NCBI GenBank assembly: GCA_963761305.1
Contig: CAVXGK010000001.1
Span: 224,001-288,000 of the forward strand
Reading direction: 5' to 3'
Source: an uncultured Gemmatimonadaceae bacterium
GTDB lineage: Bacteria > Gemmatimonadota > Gemmatimonadetes > Gemmatimonadales > Gemmatimonadaceae
DNA: 64,000 nt
This document shows positions 48,880 through 56,928 of this stretch, piece after piece (the stretch's first letter is position 1; the number at the start of each line of letters is the position of its first letter). A program made the position numbers and the translations under genes. The notes beneath the pieces are model-generated. The model was not told where the DNA came from and did not search any database. It saw only the letters and a list, made by a program, of their open reading frames with translations.

Positions 48880-49998
48880 TCACCGTGAAAACAAATCGAG
48901 CGTCGTCGAATCAGACGAGCACGCCGCTCGCGCGGCCGCCCTGCCGAGCATCGCCCCGATCACGTTCCCCGTCCCTGAGTACGCCCCGATCGCCCACACG
49001 TCAGGCCGCACCTGCTCGGCGATCGGCAGGCCGCCGTCGGCGTACGAGACGCTCGCCGCCCACCGATGAGTCACGCGTGCATTCACGCCGAGCTTGTCGC
49101 GCAAAATTCGCTCGATCGCGTTCTGCACGACGTCGGTCGGTTCGGAGCTCGTCGTCCATTCGCTCTCGCCGCCAACGTCGCGACAACCGCCGAGCACGAG
49201 CCGGCGGTCCATGCGCTGCTGCCAGTAGTCGAGTCCCCAGCGCGTGTAGACGGGCCGGGTCCATCGCACGGCGTCGAGCGGTTCGGTGGCGAGAATCTGA
49301 AGTCGTGCGGTGCGCACTCGCGGCGCCAACTCGGGCAAGAGACGCTCGAGCTTTCCATCGACGGCGACGATGATGCGCGACGCGCGCACGTCGCCATTCG
49401 GCGTGCGCACGCAACCCGACTCGATCTCAGTCGCCGGCGTTCCGCCGAAGAGCTTCGCACCGCGCTCTGTCGCCGACGAAGCGAGCGCGCGACACCGAGC
49501 CGCGGGATCGAACGTCGCGTTGCGCGGTGAGAGCAGGCCGCGCCCTTCGGGACCGTCGTAGCGCTCGACGGGGAGTCCGTCCAACTGCATGGCGCGCAGC
49601 TGGCGCTCGCAGTCGGCCTCCTCTTCAGTAGAGGCAGCGATGCGTAGCGAACCGGTTCGTCGAACCGAGGCCGGCGTTTCGGCGGCGATTCGCTCCAGCT
49701 CGTCGAGCGTCGCGCGATAGATGACGGTCGCGCGCTCACGGCCGAAGCGCTCGACGGCGACGTGGTGGAACACCGACATGCCGCCCATGAGAAACCCGCC
49801 GTTCCGTCCCGCCGCGCCGGCGGCGATGCCGACGGCGTCGACTCCCACGACGCTCGTCCCGAGTCGCAACAACTCGCTGACACATGCGAGCCCGGCGCCG
49901 CCGAGTCCGATGACGCACACGTCGGCAGACACGTCGCCGTGGAGCACGGGGAGCGAGATCCCCGGCGCTTCGTCGCCCCAGATCGGAGTGTTGCGCAT
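48880..49998 (-). CDS. FAD-dependent oxidoreductase (DAO/PuuB-like family)
   Basis: 'DVCVIGLGGAG', 'GAAGRNGGF', 'AYSGTG'. Confidence 0.88.
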   Translation of the reverse strand: MRNTPIWGDEAPGISLPVLHGDVSADVCVIGLGGAGLACVSELLRLGTSVVGVDAVGIAAGAAGRNGGFLMGGMSVFHHVAVERFGRERATVIYRATLDELERIAAETPASVRRTGSLRIAASTEEEADCERQLRAMQLDGLPVERYDGPEGRGLLSPRNATFDPAARCRALASSATERGAKLFGGTPATEIESGCVRTPNGDVRASRIIVAVDGKLERLLPELAPRVRTARLQILATEPLDAVRWTRPVYTRWGLDYWQQRMDRRLVLGGCRDVGGESEWTTSSEPTDVVQNAIERILRDKLGVNARVTHRWAASVSYADGGLPIAEQVRPDVWAIGAYSGTGNVIGAMLGRAAARAACSSDSTTLDLFSR

Positions 49999-50110
49999 CG
50001 TCGAGGAATCTAGGCTCGACGGCGGATCGAAACGACACACCTGAAACCCGATCGAATCCGCTCCGTACTGCCGCGAGAGGCAGGTCGCGCTCACTCTCAC
50101 CGGGACCGAC

Positions 50111-52531
50111 ATGCAATCGCTGCTTCGCGACGTTCGCTACGGCCTTCGATCCCTATTGAAGGCGCCTGGTCTCACGGCCGTCGCGGTTCTCGCGCTGACG
50201 CTCGGGATCGGACTCACGACGACGATGTTCAGCATCGTGTACGGGGCGCTCCTCAAAGGGCTGCCCTTTCCCGACAGCGACCGCATCGTGGCCGTCTTCC
50301 GCTCCAATCCGTCGCGCAACATTCAGCAGTCGTCGATCTCCATCCTCGACTATTTCGACTACAGCGCGCAGCAGAAGTCCTTCGCCGAGCTGGCGGGGTT
50401 CACGTCGGGGACGATCTTCGTGAGCGGCGACGAGAAAGCCGAGCGATTCGACGGCTCGTGGATCACGGCGAACGCGCTGTCGATGCTCGGCGTGAAGCCC
50501 ATCCTCGGCCGGAACTTCACCCCGGGCGAGGACACGCCGCAGGGCGCCAAGGTCGCGATTCTATCATATACGATGTGGCACGACCGGTACGCGTCGGACG
50601 CGAACATCGTCGGCCGCGTGATCCGCGTGAACGGCGTGCCGACGGCGGTCGTCGGCGTGATGCCGGAGCGTTTCGAGTTTCCTCAGAACGACAAGATCTG
50701 GCTGCCGCTCCAGACGGATCCCAGCGCGACGAAGCGCGCCGACAGCCCGCAGATTCAAGTCGTGGGCAAGCTCAAGCCCGGCGCGTCATTCGACCAGGCG
50801 AACGTCGAGCTGGCGACGATCGCCAAGCGGCTGGCCGCCGCGTATCCCGACGCCGACGAAGGATTCACCACCAACGCGCGTCCCTTCGTCGACACGTACA
50901 TCGGCCCGCAGCCGCGGCAACTCCTGTTCACGATGCTCGGCGCTGTGTTCTTCGTGCTGCTCATCGCCTGCGCCAACGTCGCCAACCTGCTGCTCGATCG
51001 CGCGGCGCATCGCACCAAGGAAGTCGGCGTCCGCGTCGCGCTCGGCGCATCGCGCGGAGCCGTGGTGCGACAATTCCTGGCCGAGTCGCTGGTGTTGTCG
51101 CTGGCGGCGACGGTGCTCGGGATCGTGGTGGCGCATTTTGGGGTGGAGGCGTTCAACCGCGCGCTCGCGATCACACAGGTCCCGTTCTTCATCGACATTC
51201 GGCTGCATCCGCAGGTGCTGTTGTTCACGATCGCCGTCGCCGGCGTCACGACGCTCGTCGCCGGGGCGATCCCGGCGTATCAGTCGTCGCGCGCCGACAT
51301 CAACGAGATTCTCAAGGACGACTCGCGCGGCGCGTCGAGCTTCCGCATCGGCCGCATCACCAAGGGGCTCGTGATCTTCGAGATCGCCCTCTCGTGCGGG
51401 CTGCTCGTGGCGGCGGGCCTCATGATCAAGAGCGTCGCGAAGCTGCGCAATCTCGACCCGGGCTTCACGACGAAAGACGTGTTCACGGCGCGCATCGGCT
51501 TCCCCGTCGCGTACACGGACACGATCGCCCAATGGCGCTTCTTCGACGACGCGCTCCTCAAGGTGAGCGGGATTCCCGGCGTCGTGTCGGCGTCGGTCAG
51601 CTCGGGCATCCCCGCCACGCGCCAAGGGTTCGGCAGCAACACCTTCGGCGTCGAAGGCCAGAGCTATCTCAAGGACAAGGACTACCCGAACGCGCGCTGG
51701 CTCTCGGTGACGCCGGATTTCTTCACCACGCTCAAGACGCCGGTGGTGAACGGACGCGCGTTCACGCTCGGCGACCGTGCCGGCGAGCTGCCGGTGGCGA
51801 TCGTCAATCGCGAATTCGTCGCCAAATTCCTCGAGCACCAGAATCCGATCGGCAAGCGCATTCGGATTGGTGACTCGCGGAGCAAGCAGCCGTACCTCAC
51901 GATCGTCGGGGTCGTCGGCGACATGTTCTCGGGTGACAACGAGCACCCGATCGTGCCGGCGATCTTCCAGCCGTTCGCGCAGTCACGCGTCAACTTCGCG
52001 TGGATCTCGGCGCGCACCTCGGGTCCGCCGACGTCGATCACCGCGTCGGTGCGTCAGGCCGTGTCGTCGGTGAACGCCGACATCCCCCTCTACTGGGTGG
52101 ACTCGCTCGACAACCAGATCGCGCAGCAGACATGGTTCGTGCGCGTGTTCGGCACGATGTTCATGATCTTCGGCTTCGTCGCGCTGTTCCTGGCGTCGGT
52201 CGGGCTGTACGCGGTGATGTCGTTCTCGGTGAGCCGGCGCATCCGCGAAGTCGGGATTCGCATGGCGCTCGGCGCGCGCGCGGCCGACGTCGTCCGCATG
52301 ATCTTTGGCCAGGGGCTCGTCCAGCTCGGCGTCGGCATGACGCTCGGTCTGCTGCTGGCGGCCGGCATCGGTCAGACGCTCAAGATCATCCTCTTCCAGG
52401 TTCAGCCGCGCGATCCGACGATCTTCGTCGGCGTGGTGGTCGTCCTGACGCTGGTAGGTCTGGTCGCCTGCCTGGTTCCAGCGCGTCGAGCGACGCGGGT
52501 GGACCCGCTCGTGGCGCTGCGGGCCCAGTGA
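50111..52531 (+). CDS. ABC transporter permease, duplicated MacB/FtsX (ADOP-type)
   Basis: 'DVRYGLRSLLKAPG', 'LLIACANVANLLL', two FtsX domains, 'PARRATRVDP'. Confidence 0.92.
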   Translation: MQSLLRDVRYGLRSLLKAPGLTAVAVLALTLGIGLTTTMFSIVYGALLKGLPFPDSDRIVAVFRSNPSRNIQQSSISILDYFDYSAQQKSFAELAGFTSGTIFVSGDEKAERFDGSWITANALSMLGVKPILGRNFTPGEDTPQGAKVAILSYTMWHDRYASDANIVGRVIRVNGVPTAVVGVMPERFEFPQNDKIWLPLQTDPSATKRADSPQIQVVGKLKPGASFDQANVELATIAKRLAAAYPDADEGFTTNARPFVDTYIGPQPRQLLFTMLGAVFFVLLIACANVANLLLDRAAHRTKEVGVRVALGASRGAVVRQFLAESLVLSLAATVLGIVVAHFGVEAFNRALAITQVPFFIDIRLHPQVLLFTIAVAGVTTLVAGAIPAYQSSRADINEILKDDSRGASSFRIGRITKGLVIFEIALSCGLLVAAGLMIKSVAKLRNLDPGFTTKDVFTARIGFPVAYTDTIAQWRFFDDALLKVSGIPGVVSASVSSGIPATRQGFGSNTFGVEGQSYLKDKDYPNARWLSVTPDFFTTLKTPVVNGRAFTLGDRAGELPVAIVNREFVAKFLEHQNPIGKRIRIGDSRSKQPYLTIVGVVGDMFSGDNEHPIVPAIFQPFAQSRVNFAWISARTSGPPTSITASVRQAVSSVNADIPLYWVDSLDNQIAQQTWFVRVFGTMFMIFGFVALFLASVGLYAVMSFSVSRRIREVGIRMALGARAADVVRMIFGQGLVQLGVGMTLGLLLAAGIGQTLKIILFQVQPRDPTIFVGVVVVLTLVGLVACLVPARRATRVDPLVALRAQ

Positions 52532-52548
52532 ACCCCGGTGAAGCGGCG

Positions 52549-52577
52549 TTGACGGTGCGTGTGACGGTATCTAGCTT
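52549..52577 (+). promoter_or_regulatory. Sigma-70-type promoter for the leader-tRNA-Asn transcript
   Basis: TTGACG (52549-54), 17-nt spacer, TAGCTT (52572-77); predicted start about 52583-52585. Confidence 0.75.
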
Positions 52578-52584
52578 GCTTCCC

Positions 52585-52650
52585 ATGACGAACTGCGTGC
52601 TCAACCGAAATTGCGGGAATAATCGGAGCTCCTCGCGGAAAGCTGGCTAG
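52585..52650 (+). CDS. Putative Asn-rich leader (attenuator) peptide MTNCVLNRNCGNNRSSSRKAG
   Basis: ATG 7 nt after the -10 box (leaderless, no SD); Asn at codons 3, 7, 9, 12, 13; stop codon overlaps the putative antiterminator strand. Confidence 0.65.
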   Translation: MTNCVLNRNCGNNRSSSRKAG

Positions 52651-52677
52651 GGCGCACTCGGCAGTTTGTCAGGGACG

Positions 52678-52714
52678 AGGCCCGCCAGAAGTCATACGGT
52701 GGGCCTTTTGTTTT
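52678..52714 (+). terminator. Intrinsic terminator (attenuator) upstream of tRNA-Asn
   Basis: AGGCCCGCC-agaagtcatac-GGTGGGCCT followed by TTTGTTTT, ending 23 nt before the tRNA. Confidence 0.75.
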
Positions 52715-52737
52715 GGCAGGTTGGTCGAGGGAAGCAT

Positions 52738-52810
52738 TGGGGCGTAGGTCAATTGGCAGACCGCCTGACTGTTAATCAGGAAGTTGGTGGTTCGAGTCCA
52801 CCCGCCCCAG
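52738..52810 (+). tRNA. tRNA-Asn (GTT); CCA not encoded
   Basis: Acceptor TGGGGCG/CGCCCCA + G73; D arm GGTC/GACC; anticodon arm CCTGA-ctGTTaa-TCAGG; T arm GGTGG-TTCGAGT-CCACC. Confidence 0.97.
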
Positions 52811-52847
52811 TATCAGCAAGACCAACAATCTGAGAACGTTACGGACT

Positions 52848-52879
52848 AGCCCCGGCGCGCTTCAGCGCCGGGGCTTTGT
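52848..52879 (+). terminator. Terminator downstream of tRNA-Asn
   Basis: AGCCCCGGCGC-gcttca-GCGCCGGGGCT followed by TTGT. Confidence 0.7.
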
Positions 52880-52974
52880 CGTTGAATCCCGTTGCGGAGG
52901 TCAGCCTCGATGAAGCCACCTCGAGTGCGTGTTACCCAACGCGTAACAATTGTGAAGCAAACCACGAGTCGGTG

Positions 52975-53390
52975 CGATTCACCAGTAGAGGGGCTCGTCT
53001 CACCAATTCCCGCGCCCTGATTCAGCCGGTCAAATCGTCCACCTCAGACCGTTGCCGTTCTATCCAATCGCCGAAACGTCGAATCAATCATCCTGAACGT
53101 CGCATTCACACGCCGCACTGTGGAATCTCTCGCTCTTCCCACGCCATCTATGCGTGTTCCCGCGACACCAACCATTGCTCCGCTCGTACCTCGCACCTCG
53201 CCCCCGAGATCTCTCGCTGTTCCCGTCACGCCACACGTCGTTCCCGTGGCATTACACATCGTTCCCGCAGCATTACACATCGTTCCCGCCGCATTACCCG
53301 TCGTTCCCGTCGAAGCTCACGCCGCGGACATGGCGCCTCACCGCGTTCCCCTCGCTTCTCATGACGTTTCCACGCCATCACAAGGAGATA
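52975..53390. repeat. Degenerate 21-bp-period tandem array
   Basis: GTTCCC-like cores at 53135, 53156, 53219, 53240, 53261, 53282, 53303, 53345, 53366 (all multiples of 21 apart); best-conserved unit CGTTCCCG(T/C)NGCATTACACAT. Confidence 0.8.
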
Positions 53391-53629
53391 CCACACCATT
53401 TCCACATGATTCGCTCGCATTGCAGCTCGTGACGCTCGCTTCAACCAAGGCGAACGTCGCTGCAACAAGTCCGACGATCACCCCACGCGATGCGCCGCGC
53501 ATCGCTACGGACTCGAACGGGACTTCTCACCTTCGAACCCTCATTCCAACAGGTTTAGACGCGGCGTCAACAACACTTTTCCACGGGATCAACGCTGTTC
53601 ACCCATTCATTTCATTCCAAGGAGCACAT

Positions 53630-54421
53630 TTGAAAAACACGCAGGAGCAGGTTTACAACACGGGTCGTCGCGTCCAGGCTTTCCTCGACGCCAACGACTC
53701 GCTCTTCGGTAGCATCAACAAATCCAGCATACGGTCTGAGCTCGACACCGTCGTGACCGAGCTGGGTGCCGCCGCCGGCGATCAGGCCGGCGGGTTGGTC
53801 AACGCGCGTGGCGAGACGGCCAAACAACGGACTCTTCGTCTCGCGCTGCGGCTCAACCACATGCAGCCAATCGCTTCCGTCGCCAAGCTCAAGTTGCGGA
53901 CCGTCCCCAACTTCGAGTCTCTGACGATGCCTAGCGTCAACGTCCGCGTCGCCGGTTTGATCGCGCACGCGCTGGGTATGGCCGACGCTGCGCAGCCCTA
54001 TGTACAGGTATTCATCGACGCTGGTCTGCCGTCGGACTTCATGACGGCGCTGACCGCCGCGGCGGCGGCCGTCCAAGCGTCCGTCGACACCCGCGCAAAG
54101 TCACTCGGCAAAAGGGCCAACGCCACCGGTTCGCTCAAGGAGCTCGATCGCCGAGCGCGAACGGTCTACAAAGCGCTCAACGACTTCGTCGTCCCGATTC
54201 TCTCGGCCGACGTCGCGCACAGCGGATTGCTGGCCGAGTGGAAGACGACGCGCCGCGTCACGCTGCGCCCGGGCCCGACGATCGGAGTTGAACAGCTGGT
54301 GCGGGCGCTCGGTGGGGTGCCCATGCCATCGACATCCACATCGCCGACCACGCGGTCAGCGCCGGCTGTCGTTCCGCCGCCGGTTGCTCACCCGGTCGCG
54401 CCCCAGCTGACGACGCCGTAG
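53630..54421 (+). CDS. Hypothetical all-helical protein with Pro/Thr-rich tail
   Basis: AAGGAG RBS at 53619-53624 then TTG at 53630; coding-like GC3 pattern from here on; no recognised motif. Confidence 0.7.
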   Translation: MKNTQEQVYNTGRRVQAFLDANDSLFGSINKSSIRSELDTVVTELGAAAGDQAGGLVNARGETAKQRTLRLALRLNHMQPIASVAKLKLRTVPNFESLTMPSVNVRVAGLIAHALGMADAAQPYVQVFIDAGLPSDFMTALTAAAAAVQASVDTRAKSLGKRANATGSLKELDRRARTVYKALNDFVVPILSADVAHSGLLAEWKTTRRVTLRPGPTIGVEQLVRALGGVPMPSTSTSPTTRSAPAVVPPPVAHPVAPQLTTP

Positions 54422-54447
54422 GGTCGGCAAGACGTAGCACCTGATTC

Positions 54448-54480
54448 CGTGCGAGCGGTACGCGCGCTACCGCTCGCACG
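54448..54480. other. Perfect 13-bp hairpin after the hypothetical gene
   Basis: CGTGCGAGCGGTA-cgcgcgc-TACCGCTCGCACG. Confidence 0.7.
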
Positions 54481-54489
54481 ACGGAAGGA

Positions 54490-54532
54490 CCAGCAGTCGT
54501 ACGGTGGGCCTTTTGTTTAGGTCGGTTGTTCG
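54490..54532 (+). repeat. Degenerate copy of the tRNA-Asn leader terminator region (52685-52727)
   Basis: CCAGcAGTCgTACGGTGGGCCTTTTGTTT vs CCAGaAGTCaTACGGTGGGCCTTTTGTTT (27/29), weaker similarity beyond. Confidence 0.85.
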
Positions 54533-54607
54533 GAGCGGCAACATCGGTCGGCCAGAGACTCTCTGTCGGCCCTTCTTGTCCTTTGCGCAGACTACATAAA
54601 GTGTGAT

Positions 54608-55084
54608 ATGTTCTCGATCATGCGAACCCTGTCGCCGCTCTTCGTCCTGGCCGGTCTCGCCGGCTGCGGGCAGCACGGTGCCTCGGCCCCCACTCCCCAA
54701 GCGTCGCGAGTGGGGATCTATCACTTCACCGAGCATCCTCTTCAATCGAACCAGTCGTTTGAGGGCCGCGTCGGCGTGACGAAGGACACGATTGTCATTG
54801 AATCCGACTTGGCTCCTTGCATCTACGATTCGCGAAGCGCCGCCGGCTCCGCGGTCATCTATCAATGTGGACCGGTGACCGTGTCGTTCAGGCGATCAGA
54901 CCCTATCGCTACCGCCAGGTACACCGTCACTACGACGGTCGTGGACCACCAGATGACGTGCGTGCGATACACGACCGATGCGTCGGGACACCAGACCTGC
55001 GCCCAGCAGCGGAGCGAAGCGATCGAGCGACAGGTTCCAGTGTCGGGAACGTTGCATCTCGAGCTCACGGTCAAGCCCGACTGA
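54608..55084 (+). CDS. Hypothetical lipoprotein (paralog A)
   Basis: Lipobox 'LAGC'; four further Cys; clear paralog of 56927-57397. Confidence 0.8.
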   Translation: MFSIMRTLSPLFVLAGLAGCGQHGASAPTPQASRVGIYHFTEHPLQSNQSFEGRVGVTKDTIVIESDLAPCIYDSRSAAGSAVIYQCGPVTVSFRRSDPIATARYTVTTTVVDHQMTCVRYTTDASGHQTCAQQRSEAIERQVPVSGTLHLELTVKPD

Positions 55085-55186
55085 CGACGAGGCGCCGTCG
55101 GCGCGCGATGGCGCGTAGATTCGCGCGCGGGGATTGCCGGACTCGAATTCAGCCACGGATAGGCTGGTCCAGCGCGGGGGAGCGGC

Positions 55187-55711
55187 GTGCCCGATTCGAG
55201 AAACACGAAACTGCTCGTGGTCAGCCTCCTCGCGGTTCTGTGCGTCCAATTCGGTGTCGCGTACTACTGGAGCGAGCCCTACCCGGCGGTGATCATGCCG
55301 GGCTTCGTCGGGAGTCTCACGACCACCGGCATGACGACCATTCGCGGCTATCGCGTGGTTGCATCACGATCGTCCGGTTCCGACGTAGTTCTGGACGCCG
55401 ACAAGTTCTTCAAAGGCGTTCCGCATTGGTATCTGCTGACTGACATGCCGTTCGTGCTCGACACGACCCCTCCCGCGCCTTCGGGATGGCCTCGTCTTCG
55501 CGCGCGATTCGGGCGTCGCTCGAAGCTTCGGTCGGACGCCGGCACGCCGGCGTTCGTAGCCTACGCGCAGCGGCGCCTGGCGGAGCTGACCGATCGCTCT
55601 GACTGGGAGAGCCTCCGCATCGAGGAGACGAGCCGCGATCTCGACATCGACCAGATGAGCTACGTCGGGCCCGCCCGCGTCGATCGCAGCCGGGAGTTTC
55701 GTCTCCGGTGA
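55187..55711 (+). CDS. Hypothetical membrane-anchored protein, partner of the HTTM gene
   Basis: N-terminal TM then 'EPYPAVIMPGF'; stop overlaps the next start. Confidence 0.7.
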   Translation: MPDSRNTKLLVVSLLAVLCVQFGVAYYWSEPYPAVIMPGFVGSLTTTGMTTIRGYRVVASRSSGSDVVLDADKFFKGVPHWYLLTDMPFVLDTTPPAPSGWPRLRARFGRRSKLRSDAGTPAFVAYAQRRLAELTDRSDWESLRIEETSRDLDIDQMSYVGPARVDRSREFRLR

Positions 55712-56856
55712 TGACTGGTGCTCCCTCCGTTCCATTGGATCGACCCCAATCCTGGTTGGACCGCGAGTACCGCGTCGGCGACGAACAACTTGGATTCATC
55801 CGCGTCCTGTACTGCGCGTTCGTGCTGTTCGTGATCGGCCTTCCCTCCGTCACATGGACCGCCGACAGCCCGCAGCTCTTGTTCGATCCGCCGTTCCTCA
55901 GCGCCGCCAACCTCCTCTCGGGTTGGCCCTCGTCCGGAACGCTGTGGATCCTGAGCCTGGTGCTGGTGATTCTTTTCCTGCTGTTGTTGTTCGGGTTCTT
56001 CGTGCCGACGGTGTCCGTGTTGGCGTCACTGTTGATGATCGCCGGCTCGAATCTTCAGTTCTCATACGGGAAGATCGATCACAACAACATCCTTCTCGTC
56101 CTGACGCCGTTGATCATGGCTCGTTCGGGATGGGGCAACCGGTACACGCTCGGTCAGTCGCCGCCGACGCCAAATCGGTCGGGCGCTTGTATCGGCGTGC
56201 TATCCATCGTCGTCGGTTTTGCGATGTTTACGGCTGGATTCCAGAAGCTGGCCACCGGTTGGCTCGACATCCGGACCCAGGCGAGTTACGGCCATTTCAT
56301 TCACGATTTCTATTCGGATTCGCGTCAGGCGCTTCTCGCTCCGATCGCGATACACGTCCGGTCCAAAGCGTTCTGGGAGGGCCTCGACTATTCGACGGTC
56401 GGCTTCGAGCTGTTGTTCATCGTCGCCGTGATTCGACGGTGGTTGTTTCGAGCCTGGATTGGGCTCGCGGTCCTCTTTCACGCCGGCGTTCTCCTGATAC
56501 TCAACATCGGATTTTCCGTAAACTTTGCCGTGTATCTGTTCTTCGTCGACTGGCCGTTGCCGCGCCAATTCGCGCTGTCGGGGAGAATGGCGCGGCTTCT
56601 CGCGGCCGGCATTTCGGCGCTCGTGCTGACGGTTTGGTGGATGAGCGTTGGACCGGACCAGCCGCTGTTCTTGCGGATGTCGCCATCGCTTGCGAAGTAC
56701 GTCGTCTCGCGCCTTGTCGCGCCAGCCAACATAAACGACACGACGCTGGAGATCTTGCCGACCTTCCTCGCCATTGTGGCCGGGGTGGCGCTGATCGTTC
56801 GGCGTACAACAGCGTCCTCGAAACTGGGCGCGTTGGAGACTGTCGACACCGCGTGA
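55708..56856 (+). CDS. HTTM-domain (VKGC/SdpB-like) polytopic membrane protein
   Basis: Multiple TMs, 'SYGKIDH', 'MFTAGFQKL..GW', 'FELLF', 'LFHAGVLLILNIGF'. Confidence 0.7.
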   Translation: MMTGAPSVPLDRPQSWLDREYRVGDEQLGFIRVLYCAFVLFVIGLPSVTWTADSPQLLFDPPFLSAANLLSGWPSSGTLWILSLVLVILFLLLLFGFFVPTVSVLASLLMIAGSNLQFSYGKIDHNNILLVLTPLIMARSGWGNRYTLGQSPPTPNRSGACIGVLSIVVGFAMFTAGFQKLATGWLDIRTQASYGHFIHDFYSDSRQALLAPIAIHVRSKAFWEGLDYSTVGFELLFIVAVIRRWLFRAWIGLAVLFHAGVLLILNIGFSVNFAVYLFFVDWPLPRQFALSGRMARLLAAGISALVLTVWWMSVGPDQPLFLRMSPSLAKYVVSRLVAPANINDTTLEILPTFLAIVAGVALIVRRTTASSKLGALETVDTA

Positions 56857-56884
56857 TGGCGATCACGTGGGAGTCCCGGAGACT

Positions 56885-56928
56885 CTGACCGTTAGGCGGT
56901 GCTGGTTCGAGTCCACCCATTCCAGTAT
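56885..56928 (+). pseudogene. Degenerate tRNA-Asn fragment (anticodon arm to 3' end), att-like remnant
   Basis: TGGTTCGAGTCCACCC (56903-18) identical to tRNA 52788-52803; CCAGTAT matches the tRNA end and flank; CTGAcCGTTA resembles CTGACTGTTA. Confidence 0.8.

Noticed and set aside
52585..52737. T-box riboswitch upstream of tRNA-Asn (GGTGGG resembles the T-box UGGN bulge)
   Set aside because: No recognisable stem I with AG/GA motifs or specifier loop, the GGTGG lies in the terminator 3' arm, and UGGG would not pair with the G73 discriminator; the leader-peptide model fits better.
53135..53390. CRISPR array
   Set aside because: Contiguous 21-bp degenerate units without unique spacers; no cas genes in the window.
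53120..53629. N-terminal 170 aa of the 433-aa ORF 53120-54421
   Set aside because: Reads through the repeat tract with atypical codon usage; a strong AAGGAG RBS with TTG at 53630 marks the more plausible start.
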